The translations under genes were made by a program, and so were the position numbers. 64,000 nucleotides of DNA, from NCBI RefSeq assembly GCF_044704955.1, contig NC_091984.1, positions 179,118,001 to 179,182,000 on the forward strand, read 5' to 3'. Source of the stretch: Pristiophorus japonicus. Its lineage: Eukaryota. Within the stretch, counting starts at the first letter, position 1. The number at the start of each line of letters is the position of its first letter. Below are positions 51,120 through 62,345 of the stretch, piece after piece. The notes below the pieces were generated by a model. The model searched no databases, was not told the origin of the DNA, and saw only the letters and a list, made by a program, of their open reading frames with translations.

Positions 51120-52825
51120 GGTCAATTCTGACCAGCCATCTTGTACCGGCTTTCAGTTACATCAGGGTTGATCTTCACCTGACTTCCATTTACCCGCCTT
51201 TGTTATTTGTCAGCATTCCATTAGCCTCTTTGGTCACTTTATATATCTCTTGATACTCTTACCGAATTAAAATCTATCGATCCCAACCTTGAAACTGTCA
51301 ATTGAACCAGTATCCACAGCCTTTGTAGGGCGGGTGAGACCTTGCGGGGGTGCTTCCTGATTTTACTCCTGAAGGCCCAACTCTAATATTAAGACTGTGC
51401 CCTCTTTTTCTGGATTTCCTCGCTAGTTTAAATAGTTTCTCTGTAACCGTGCTATCGAACTTCTTAATTTTAAACACCTCGGTTAAATCACTCCCTAGCC
51501 CTTTAATCTGAAGGAAATACAAATGACGTTCATGCAATTTTTCCTTATAATTGAATCATTTAATCCCTGGTATCATTTTGAAGCATCTGCACTGTACCTC
51601 TTCCAAGACCAATATATCTTTCCTAAATTCGGTGCCCAGACTGAATGTCATACTCCAGATGTGATCTGACCAAGGCTGTGTACAACGGAAGCATTACTTC
51701 TTTACTTTTTAATTCCAATCCGCTCGCGACAAAGGTCAGCATTCCACCCCCCTCTTTGGTCAATTCTTGCACCTGTGCACTAGTTTTTATTGATTTGTGT
51801 ACATGGACACCTAAATCCGTTTGCTCACCCACATCTCCCAGCCTCTCATCATTAAGCAAATTTTCTGATTTTCGTTCTCATGCCCAAAGTGAATGAATTT
51901 ATGCTTCCCCACATTGAGCTGCATCTGCCAAACTTTTGCCCTTTCAGTTAGTCTATCTATGTAGCGTCCATCGCCGATCTACACAACTTATTACGCCTCC
52001 TAACTTAATGTCATCTGCAGACTTGTATATACAACTCTCTGGGCCTTCATTGAAACCATTAATACATATGTTGAAAAGCTGAGGTCCCTGAACTGATTCC
52101 AAAAGGAACAGTTATGACACACAGCCAATCAGAGGACGAACCCTTTATCCCTACTCTCTTTTTCCTACCTCCCAACAAATTACTAACCCATAACTTCAAA
52201 TAAATCAGCAAAGAAGATCTAAAAGAGCTTTGGTGCGATGATGCAGACTTGCTTTACCCCAGTCTGGACGTGGATTGAGTCTGTTGTGGATCCATTGTTC
52301 AGGATCACGGCTTGCATGTCATCGTGGAGCAGACAGAGGATAGTGACAAACTTATGAGGGCAGCCAAAACGGAGGAGGACACCCTATAATCCCTCATGGT
52401 TGACAATGTCAAAGGTCTTTGTGAGTTCAAAGAAGGCCATGTGCAAGAGTTGGTGCTGTTCCCTGCCTTTCTCTTGTAGTTGTCGCGCAATGAAGATCAT
52501 GTCCGTTGTACCTCTTAGTGGATGGATTCCGCAATGCGACTCTGGAAGGAGCTCTTCAGCCACAATCACCCATGGTATTGCCATACCTTTCTTACAAGCC
52601 TCCATTATTTCTTGATTTATACTCTGTACTACAGTGTAGCTACAATTAGGAGGCCTGTAAACTACTCCCACCAGTGACTTATTTCCTTATTATTTCATAT
52701 CTCCACCCAACCTGATTCTACATCTTGATCTTCTGAAACAATATCATTTCCCACTACTGCACTGATCTCTTTATTAACAGAGCTACTCCACCTTCTTTTC
52801 CATTCTGCCTGTCCTTCCGAAATGG
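51120..52825 (-). mobile_element. Old CR1 (paralog of 1-960) plus RTE (~52250-52565) and CR1 APE fragments
   Basis: LVRSHLEY; RGTTDMIFIARQLQEK (RTE); GVVYRPPN (CR1 APE). Confidence 0.75.
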
Positions 52826-53596
52826 CTAGTAACAACCTCGTAAGCATTCTCTGCACTTTCTCAGTCCTTCAATATCATTGTTGTAATATACAAACCAGAA
52901 TTAAGCATAGTTCTATACAAAGCTAACACTAACCCTCTGCTTTTGGTTTCTATTTCTCTAGAAGTTAACTCGCACATCGTTTGCAATCTCTATGGCCATA
53001 ACAACTTGAGTTGCCCCTTTTCGCGATGTATATACTTTAGTCCTATACCAATCTGAAAAATGAAGACTATTTACTAAAAGGAGTTTGTGATTAGTGTGAA
53101 GTTCAATTTTGGTTACAGACCTGACATAATCTGTTGCTATGACGCGTTGACTTGTTATTAATTTCAATATAACCATTATTGACCAATGTTTAAAGTCACC
53201 GGTTAGTTTTAAATTCATACAATTGCAGAAACTGCACCGCTGTAGGTCCAGGTTTTCCCTGAATTTGGGTAACAAGATGATTTAGAAGAACGTAAACCAC
53301 GTGCTTTGAATCCGTGTCATAAAAACGGACATATGGTTCAGTTCCTACATCACACGGACAAAGTTCAGCAAGGACTATTTTTAAAATTATGTTGTAAGAT
53401 TATTTTCACGAACTGTTAACTTAAATCATCCATCGTGTAACTAATCTCTCTGATTTCACTGAAATTGCATAAAATGTGCAGATCGTCACAAAAAGCAAAA
53501 CCTCACGATTTAGTCACATTTAGAAAGTTGGCATGAACTGCTTCAGTGCTAACGGACAGAAAAGAATATTACCAGCTGAGATAATGGAAGAGTCAT

Positions 53597-53602
53597 TTTA
53601 TT
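53597..53602 (-). terminator. Polyadenylation signal of Ig light-chain cluster 2
   Basis: AATAAA in a 3' UTR homologous to that of cluster 1. Confidence 0.7.
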
Positions 53603-53816
53603 ACACTGCGGTATTTGTAACGTTACACTGACATTTGATCAGTTCAAGGTGAACACACTGTAAAATACTGAAAGCGGGATGCAGCGGACTAACTGCACAT
53701 CTGTTGTGATTTGAAATGTTCCACTTAAAATCAAATATATAATAGATGATTACCGGAATGTAATTTTAAAGAAACTTTACTAATGGTACAATAGATCAAT
53801 CAATACGATTTGTGAA

Positions 53817-54134
53817 TCAGATACAGCTGGATCTGGCGATACTTGTTTGAAGCGAGTTTGCCTGAGTCTGGTGTTTAACAAAACAGGAGTAAAGCTCATG
53901 TGAGTAACACTCTGAGGCCGGACAGATAACTGCTCACACTGAACGTGTTGTCCATCTCCTGCTGGACACGACTGGTCTCAACACCATTCCCTCTCACACT
54001 ACTATCTACAGTCCACTCAATCTCCGCAGCGCCCGGGTTAAAGCCGTTTATCAAACACATCAGGGTCGCCCTGTTCTTTGCTGCGATTTGATCCGATGAA
54101 GGCGGAAGAACGGACACCGAGGGGGCCCGCGGAT
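53817..54134 (-). pseudogene. IGLC: Ig lambda/type II constant exon, cluster 2; 5-nt deletion frameshift
   Basis: Acceptor at 54135/54134; PRAPSVSVLPPSSDQIAAKNRATLMCLINGFNPG... It is 318 nt versus 323 nt in cluster 1, with the deletion near 53917-53922 after SSYL. Confidence 0.92.
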
Positions 54135-56216
54135 CTGAAAAGCAGAAACAAAGGAAAAAAGATCCATTCTTAATTGACATAAAAGTCGCAATCGATGTTT
54201 TACTTTCTACAAACATTTTAAAATTCGGCATCACTCTACAAAGCTAGGAGGAATTTAATAAAACGGAACCTAATTAGTGTCAATTTTACAACCACTGGAG
54301 ACCACAGTTCTAAAAAATGCAGAACCTGAGAAGATGTTCCTAATTTCCCTACATGGAAAGGAAGTGATACAAAATCCTTAAAAGGAAATTCAATCTGAAC
54401 GAAATAATGGGTTCAGAATATAATAAAAACATAAAAATAATACTGGGACACAGTATTACATTTGAATGTACTGGTCTGACACAATCTATTACAAACAGTG
54501 AGCTCAGGATTTCGAAAAAAGGTCAAAAGCCATGAATCCGAATTTGGGATAAATATTAGAACCATTGCTGACATTAAAGATTCTGTAATATTTAACTCAG
54601 AACACTCGATTCTAATCAATTTGCCTTTAATCTCGATTGTTTGCTTCAGTCTCCAATTTTGCAATTCTTCTGATGGAGGTGGTGAATGTTGGACAAATAT
54701 TTGGATTTCTGCCCAATTACTGCCACAGCCGCTCTGCTCGGCTCGCGTTTCCACAAGGTTTCCCGCCCCGACCGACGGTGAATATATTGTGTGAAACTCC
54801 AGAAGACTGTTCTATCACATTCAAAATATGCTCTTGGGGAATCTCTGGGGTCAGAGTTTCACAAATAAAACGTTTTCATTAAAAGGGAAAGAGTTTCCAA
54901 CAAATAACGTCGGTTATTGTAAACAATTGTATCCACATTGTATCATTATATTCCAATAATAACCTCAATATGCAAGTCATGAAGCAAAAAATATCCTGGG
55001 CAATATTTAACTCTCAACCAACATCAGTAAAACGGATTAACTGGTCATTATCACCTTGCTGTTTGTGAGACCTTGCTGTGCGCAAATTGACTCCGGCTTT
55101 CTTACATTGCAAGGATGGCTATTCTTTAAAAATACTAATTGACTGTGAAGCGCATTGAGATATCCTGAGGTCGTTGTACGCGCCACATATCAATGCAAGT
55201 TTATTCTTTCTTATTATTAAATAGAAATATTCCCCTGATAATAACAATGAAATATAACCCGGAGTAAGAATTGTGAAGCAAGTCTGATACAATCTCGTAT
55301 CTGTTTAAATGACCGTTCCCATCGACCATATGTTACGAGCACAGCTGCCAATGACAAACCCTCGGTAACATCGTTTACGTAACGTAAACCATCAAAGAAA
55401 GGGCTGGAACATTATTATTTTATTCAATACTAGAATTGGAAGCTGGGCCGTTAAAATTGATTCTGGCATTGAGGTACAGTGCCAGCTATATCGGCGCGGC
55501 TCACGAATATCAGGTTTGCCCGGGTTGGTTTAACAATCTATTACCATTCTGCGAGGTTCGCCCTGGAGCCGACAATTACGCGTTGCTTTCTTTACATTAA
55601 AATTTGGAGTCTCAGTCTGCGAGTAGTCTGGCAATGCCGCCAAGTTCTATTCTCACAGTTGGTGTAATCTCCCTGCATCCTCCAGAGTTTAACTGAACAT
55701 TCTGATACTGAAACATTTGGAGTTCTGTGGGATTATTGAGCGGGATTTACTATCAGTTTATATGGTCTAAACGGAAGAGTTTTACAATGAACTCTGTTTA
55801 CACTGGCTTTTATACCAGATATATATTCGTAAAAGGAACAACTGGTAATATTATGGAGCATTTTTCTATTTCATATCACCTGTTAGCCCGTTTCACCGTG
55901 ATGTAGTCGAATAACCAAGTTAAAATAGCGATAGAGTATCCGCAATTGCTGCAATATTATTCCTCTCACTGACACTAACCACAGCACCAGTAGCAAAGCG
56001 CAATTGAGTGAAAACAAAGCAGGTGAAAAAATCTGACAATCTATTCCGAGGCATTCGCACACAATTGATCGGATGGGAAGATAATGAGCACTTGACTTGT
56101 TAAGACACATACATCCTTTCAATCATTGAGGTTTGTTACTGTGTTCTGGAGAAAATCGATCAGTGTTGATGTTTATCACTAGCTGAATTTAGAGCAAAGT
56201 CTGTTTACTATAGTTA

Positions 56217-56476
56217 CAGATAATGCTGGATATCTCAGCGGATCCGGCAGCATCTGTGGAGAGAAAAACAGAGTTAAGGTTTCGAGTGGCGACCCTTCGC
56301 CAGAACTGCCGAATGTTCGAAAAGAGTTTATTCTTAAGCATTGAAAGGGCGAGGGAAGACAGAACACATTGACAGGTCAGTGACCTTTTCTCTCCACAGA
56401 TGCTGCCTGACCCGCTGAGATTTCCAGCATTCTCTGTTTTTATTTCAGATTCCAGCATCCGCAGTATTTTGCTTTG
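56217..56476. mobile_element. Miniature inverted Penelope pLTR insertion
   Basis: Two opposed copies of the PLE tail; 14-bp TSD GTTTAC(T/G)ATAGTTA at 56203-56216 and 56477-56490. The site is empty in the paralog at ~10700. Confidence 0.8.
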
Positions 56477-57151
56477 GTTTACGATAGTTATCGGGGATTC
56501 ATGCGATATGTAGGACTGAGGAACTTGCACTGAACGGTTTTCACTGAGTTTGGAGACGAATGGGAGTGAGTTACAGCAAGTCGTCACATTATCCTCCCGC
56601 AGTCTCAATCCAAGAAGGTTGATTAAATCCCGGCAGTGCTTCAAGTGGAATGAAAGCGGTATTGCGTGAAAGTGTTGATTGAGTGCTTTTAGCCTTTTGA
56701 GTGGGGCTATAAGGGTCGGCTTTAAACTGGTCTGACAGACTATGTGAGATTCGTAGAATCATAGAATTATACAGCACAGAAAAAGGCCGATCCGTCCTTT
56801 GAAAGACATGTCCACTTAGTCCCTTTCCCATACATTTGTTTTTCCTTTTTCAAATGTTTTTCCACTTCCCATTTAAGCGCCATGGTTCCGCTCATCCCAC
56901 TCTTACAGGGAGGACACTGCAGAGGGAAACAGTCCCTGGGCTAAAGCAAATATCGTAATCTGTCCCTTCCTTCTTCTAGCAATAACGTTCAATTTATGTA
57001 GTCCGTTTACCTACTGACCGATCAGTGATTTTTTTTCTTCATCTTGCTGTAACAGAATGGACCAGAGCTATGAACAGTTCCAGCAAATCATAACGCATGC
57101 ATCGTGAAATGAGATTCACTCGTGTTCTCTCGTAACTAACACAGCGCAGTA

Positions 57152-60100
57152 AACATAGAAACATAGAAACATAGAAAATAGGTGTAGGAGTAGGCCATTC
57201 GGCCCTTCGAGCATGCACCACTATTCAATAAGATCATGGCTGATCATTCCCTCAGTAGCCCTTTCCTGCTTTCTCTCCATACCCCTTGATCCCTTTAGCC
57301 GTAAGGGCCATATCTAACTCCCTCTTGAATATATCCAATGAACTGGCATCAACAACTTTCTGCGGCAGGGAATTCCACAGGTTAACAACTCTCTGAGTGA
57401 AGACGTTTCTCCTCATCTCAGTCCTAAATGGTCTACCCCTTATCCTAAGACTATGTCCCCTGGTTCTGGACTTCCCCAACATCGGGAACATTCTTCCGGC
57501 ATCTACCCTGTCCAGTCCCGTCAGAATCTTATATGTTTCCATGAGATCCGCTCTCATCCTTCTAAACTCCAGTTGATCCAATCTCTCCTCATATGCCAGT
57601 CCAGCCTGGAATCAGTCTGGTGAATCTTCGCTGCACTCCCTCAATAGCAAGAACGTCCTTCCTCCGATTAGGAGACCAAAACTGAACACAATATTTCAGG
57701 TGAGGCCTCACTAAGGCCCTGTAGAACTGCAGTAAGACCTCCCTGCTCCTATACTCAAATCCCCTAGCTATGAAGACCAACATACCATTTGTCTTCTTCA
57801 CCGCCTGCTGTACCTGCATGCCAACTTTCAATGACTGATGAACCATGACACCCAGGTCTCGTTGCACCTCCCCTTTTCCTGATCTGCCACCATTCAGATA
57901 ATATTCTGCTTTCATGTTTTTGCCCCCAAAATGGATAACCTCACCTTTATCCACATTATACTGCATCTGCCATGCATTTGTCCACTCACCTAACCTGTCC
58001 AAGTCACCCTGCAGCCTCTTAGTGTCCTCCTCACAGCTCACACCACCACCCAGTTTAGTGTCATCGGCAAACTTGGAGATATTACACTCAATTCCTTCAT
58101 GTAAATCGTTAATGTATATTGTCAAGAGCTGGGGTCCCAGCACTGAGCCCTGCGGCACTCCACTAGTCACTGCCTGCCATTCTGAAAAGGACCCGTTTAT
58201 CCCGACTCTCTGTTTCCTGTCTGCCAACCAGTTCTCTATCCACGTCAGTACATTACCCCCAATACCATGCGCTTTGATTTTGCACATCAATCTCTTGTGC
58301 GGGACCTTGTCAAAAGCCTTTTGAAAGTCCAAATACACCACATCCACTGGTTCTCCCTTGTCCACTCTGCTTGTTACATCCTCAAAAAATTCCAGAAGAT
58401 TCGTCAAGCATGATTTCCCTTTCATAAATCCATGCTGACTTGGGCTGATCATATCACTGCTTTCCAAATGTGCTGCTATTTCATCCTTAATGATTGATTC
58501 CAACATTTTCCCCACTACTGATGTCAGGCTAGCCGATCTATAATTACCCGTTTTCTCTCTCCCTCCTTTTTTAAAAAGTGGTACTGATCCAGAGTCGATA
58601 GACTGTTGGAAAATGATCACAATGCATCCACTATTTCTAGGGTCACTTCCTTAAGTACTCTGGGATGCAGACGATCAGGCCCCGGGGATTTATCAGCTTT
58701 CAATCCCATCAATTTCCTTAACACAATTTCCCGCCTAATAAGGTTATCCTTCAGTTCCTCCTTCTCACTAGACCCACTGTCCCCTAATACATTCAGAAGG
58801 TTATTTGTATCTTCCTTCGTGAAGGCAGAACCGAAGTATTTGTTCAATTGGTCTGCCATTTCGTGTTCCCAATTATAATTTCACCTGAATCCGACTGCAA
58901 GGGACCTATGTTTGTGTTCATTAATCTTTTTCTCTTCACATATTTATTGAAGCATTTGCAGTCAGTTTGTATCTTCCCTGTAAGCTTCCTCTCGTACTCT
59001 ATTTCCCCCCTCTTAATTAAACTCTTAGTCTTCCTCTGTTGAATTCTAAATTTCTCACAGTCCTCAGGTTTGTTGCTTTTTTTCGCCAATTTATTTGCCT
59101 CCTCCTTGGTTTTAACACTATCCTTAATTTCGCTTGTTAGCCACGCTTGAGCTACCTTCCCCGTTTTAATTTTTATTCCAAACAGGAATGTACAATTGCT
59201 GAAGTTCATCCATGTGATCTTTAAATATTTGCCATTGCTTATCCACCGTCAACCCTTTATCCTTTGCCAGTCTATTCTAGCCAATTCATGCCTCATACCA
59301 TCGAAGTTACCTTTCCTTAAGTTCAGGACCCCAGTTTCCGAATTAACTGTGTCACTCTCCATTTTAATAAAGAATTCTACCATATTATGGTCACTCTTCC
59401 CCAAGGGGCCTCGCACAACAAGATTGCTAATTAGTCCCTTCTTATTACACATCACCCAGTCTAAGATGGCCAGCTCTCCAGTTGGTTCCTCGACATATTG
59501 GTCTAGAAAACCATCCCTAATACACTCCAGGAAATCAGTTTGGTTAGCCCAATCGATATGTAGATTAAAGTCGCCCATGATAACTGCTGTACCTTTATTG
59601 CACCCATCCCTTATTTCTTGTTTGATGCTGTCCCCAACCTCACTACTACTGTTTGTTGGTCTGTGCACAAGTCCCACTAGCGGTTTCTGCCCTTTGATAT
59701 TCCGCAGCTCCACCCATACCAATTCCCCATCATCTCCGTGATGCCAATTACATCATATCCGTTAACTGCTGTCTGCGCAATTAATTCATTCACCTTATTC
59801 TGAATACTCCTTGCATTGAGGCACAGAGCCTTCAGGCTTATCTTTTTAACACACTTTTCCCCTTTAGAATTTTGCTGTAATGTGGCCCTTTTTGTTTTTT
59901 GCCTTGAGTTTCTCTGCCCGCCACTTTTACCATTCTCCTTTCTATCTTTTGCTTCTCTCTCCATGTTATTTCCCTCTGTCTCCCAGCATAGTTTCCCATC
60001 CCCCTGCCATGTTAGTTTATCTCCTCCCCAACAGCACTAGCAAACACTCCCCCTAGGATATTGGTTCTGGTCCTGCCCAGGTGCAGACCATCCGATTTGT

Positions 60101-60446
60101 ACTGGTCCCACCTGCCCCAGAACCGGCTCCAATGTCCCAGGAATTTGAATTCCTCCCTTTTGCACCACTCCTCAAGCCACGTATTCATCTGAGCTATCTT
60201 GTGATTCCTACTCTGACTAGCACGTGGCACTGGTAGTCATCCTGAGATTACTACTTTCGAGGCCCTACTTTTAACTTAGCTCCTAGCTCCCTAAATCCGT
60301 CTCATAGGACCTCATCCCGTTTTTTAACCGATATCGTTGGTACCTATGTGCACCACGACAACTGGCTGTTCACCCTCCCTTTTCAGAATGTCCTGCATCC
60401 GCTCTGAGACATCCTTGACCCTTGCACCAGGGAGGCAACATACCAT
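57152..60446 (-). mobile_element. CR1 LINE (ORF1 end + ORF2) in the J-C intron of cluster 2
   Basis: Esterase FWGRWDQYKSDGLHL, APE, 343-aa RT ORF and (CATAGAAA)n tail. TSD CAGTA; empty site in cluster 1 at ~11345. Confidence 0.93.
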
Positions 60447-60695
60447 CAGTACTGGTATCAGGTTAATCAATTCCCCTTGTACCTTCTCCAGGGCCTGGAT
60501 ACCCTCGGAAAATCGGGCGCCCGGCTACCTCTTCATTACTGTATGCTTATTCACAAGCTCTGTATGAATATATTTTGAGAGCAATAATCTTGGTTCACAT
60601 CAATTCAATCTACCAAGCCAATGATTTAAAGTAAGTTTTGGCATTTTGTTAGTCATGTTGCAAATGTTAGAGTCCTTTACAAATAATTAACTTAC

Positions 60696-61041
60696 TGTCC
60701 AAATTCAGCTTCGTTCTTCTCTCGAAAATGAATATAACGGCATTGGAGAATCTCGCAGCACAGTAATAATCAGCGGCGTCCTCGGACTGCACGTTGGTGA
60801 TGATTAAATGCATCTTGTTAGTCCATGGGTCCACAGACCCAGAAAATCGATCTGGAATTCCCGAACCTGTGGTATCTTTGATACCAAACTTACACAGGGA
60901 CACGGCCGGGTTTTTGCCAGTGCCAGTTCGTGTAATAGTTGTCGATGCTGCCTCAGGACAGGGCACACATGATCGTGACGGTTTTCCCTGGGAAGGTTAA
61001 GATGGACAGTGGCTGAGTCAGAACAGGATCCACGTTTGTAC
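60696..61041 (-). pseudogene. IGLV: Germline-joined VJ exon, Ig lambda/type II, cluster 2; disabled
   Basis: Reads DPVLTQPLSILTFPGKTVTIMCALS*(TGA 60953-60955)GSIDNYYTNWHWQKPGRVPV*(TAA 60890-60892), then a frameshift in CDR2, then GIPDRFSGS...DYYCAARFSNAVIFIFERRTKLNLD|GTAAG. The FGxG motif has decayed to FERR. Confidence 0.92.
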
Positions 61042-61153
61042 CTGGTGAATTAACAATTTATCGATCAGTTACACTCATGCAATTGTGAATATTGTTTGTA
61101 ATTCAGGTTCGTTAAACTCAAGCACAAACAAATCAGGGCAATGTAAAAAGCAG

Positions 61154-61917
61154 TGTTGGGATAAAAAGTAGACCTCTTCCTCAATGTGGACTCACTGATA
61201 TAAGGAATCAGCATCCGCCTGACTGTATAGCGACTACAGAATCACTCAGACTAAACCTCGGTTCAACCAGTTTTTATTCAAGCATACAGGGGAAGGGCTC
61301 CGATGAACACTTCTCCGATCAGAGGTTTTACGATTACAATTATGCAGTTTTTTGAGGTGTGTGACCCTCCTACAAAACCATCGATTGACTTACTGTTATT
61401 AACGAAGTTACATCGATTCGTCGACCCTCATCAGACTGGCTCCGAGTGTCGCTCCCCCACCTGTCCATCTCCCATCACATGTCACCCTTCTGGAATGTGT
61501 TATTCAGTTGTGTCAACTTTGCCTCAGTTGCTCATGACATGTTGATTAACTTTGTTTTCCAGACTGGTGCCTCCTTATACCTCTCCCAAGAACTCTAGTC
61601 AAAACTACCAGTCAAACCATCCTGTTCTCATGCTGCTATAACCTATGTTCCCAAACATTTTACTCTCCTTGTTCTGTACTGAATATGTAAGTTTCCATGA
61701 GTCTGTACCAACGTTAGTACAACAGATCAAGCTTTGCTGCTTCCCATTCATAAACCCCATTCAAGCAAGTGTATAAGCGTGCTTTACATACATAAATGAG
61801 TTTACATACAATCTGGGCCATGTGTCAGATCAACTCACTACCTTCAGTATCCTTTTTAGGGAGCATCTGTCTGTCTGTCTGTCTCCCACTTTAGTGACAA
61901 TATTTTATCCCCTTACA
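61154..61917 (-). mobile_element. Solo LTR in the leader-V intron of cluster 2
   Basis: TG...CA termini with an imperfect inverted repeat (TGTTGGGATAAAA / TTTTATCCCCTTACA). 4-bp TSD GCAG at 61150-61153 and 61918-61921. Absent from the cluster 1 intron. Minus-strand AATAAA at 61273-61278. Confidence 0.85.
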
Positions 61918-61949
61918 GCAGCGATATGAAGGTTATGGCCTGTACTTAC

Positions 61950-61998
61950 CATGGAGATTGAGCATCAGTGCAATGAGAACTCTAATCCATTCAATCAT
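61950..61998 (-). pseudogene. Leader exon of cluster 2 (frame intact)
   Basis: ATG at 61998; MIEWIRVLIALMLNLH G|GTAAGT; 49 nt. Confidence 0.88.
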
Positions 61999-62009
61999 GC
62001 TGAAGCTAC

Positions 62010-62345
62010 TCCCCCACAATCCCCCCCCCCCACACACACACATTTGAATGGGCCCCTGTATCACGGTGCTGTGGTCAGCTTTCTCATCCTCCTAGCAGTC
62101 CCTGCCCTCGTCCACACAGGAAGCAAGAACATCGTACCTGTTTGACACTACCTCTTGTTGCACCCTACCTGCCCCACTCATAGTCACACTGTCCTGTCCC
62201 TGGACCAAATTTGAATTAATTAATCTAATGGGTGTGACTCGGGGTCCAGGTAACTCTCCCCCTCCCTGATATGCCGCAGTGTCCACAGCTCGGAATCCAG
62301 CTCATCAACATGGAGCCGAAGTTCCTCGAACCAACATTTACTGCA
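62010..62345 (-). mobile_element. CR1 ORF1 fragment directly upstream of the cluster 2 leader
   Basis: ICSKCWFEELRLHVDELDSELWTLRHIREGESYLD resembles the CR1 ORF1 zinc-finger/leucine-zipper region. Confidence 0.6.
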
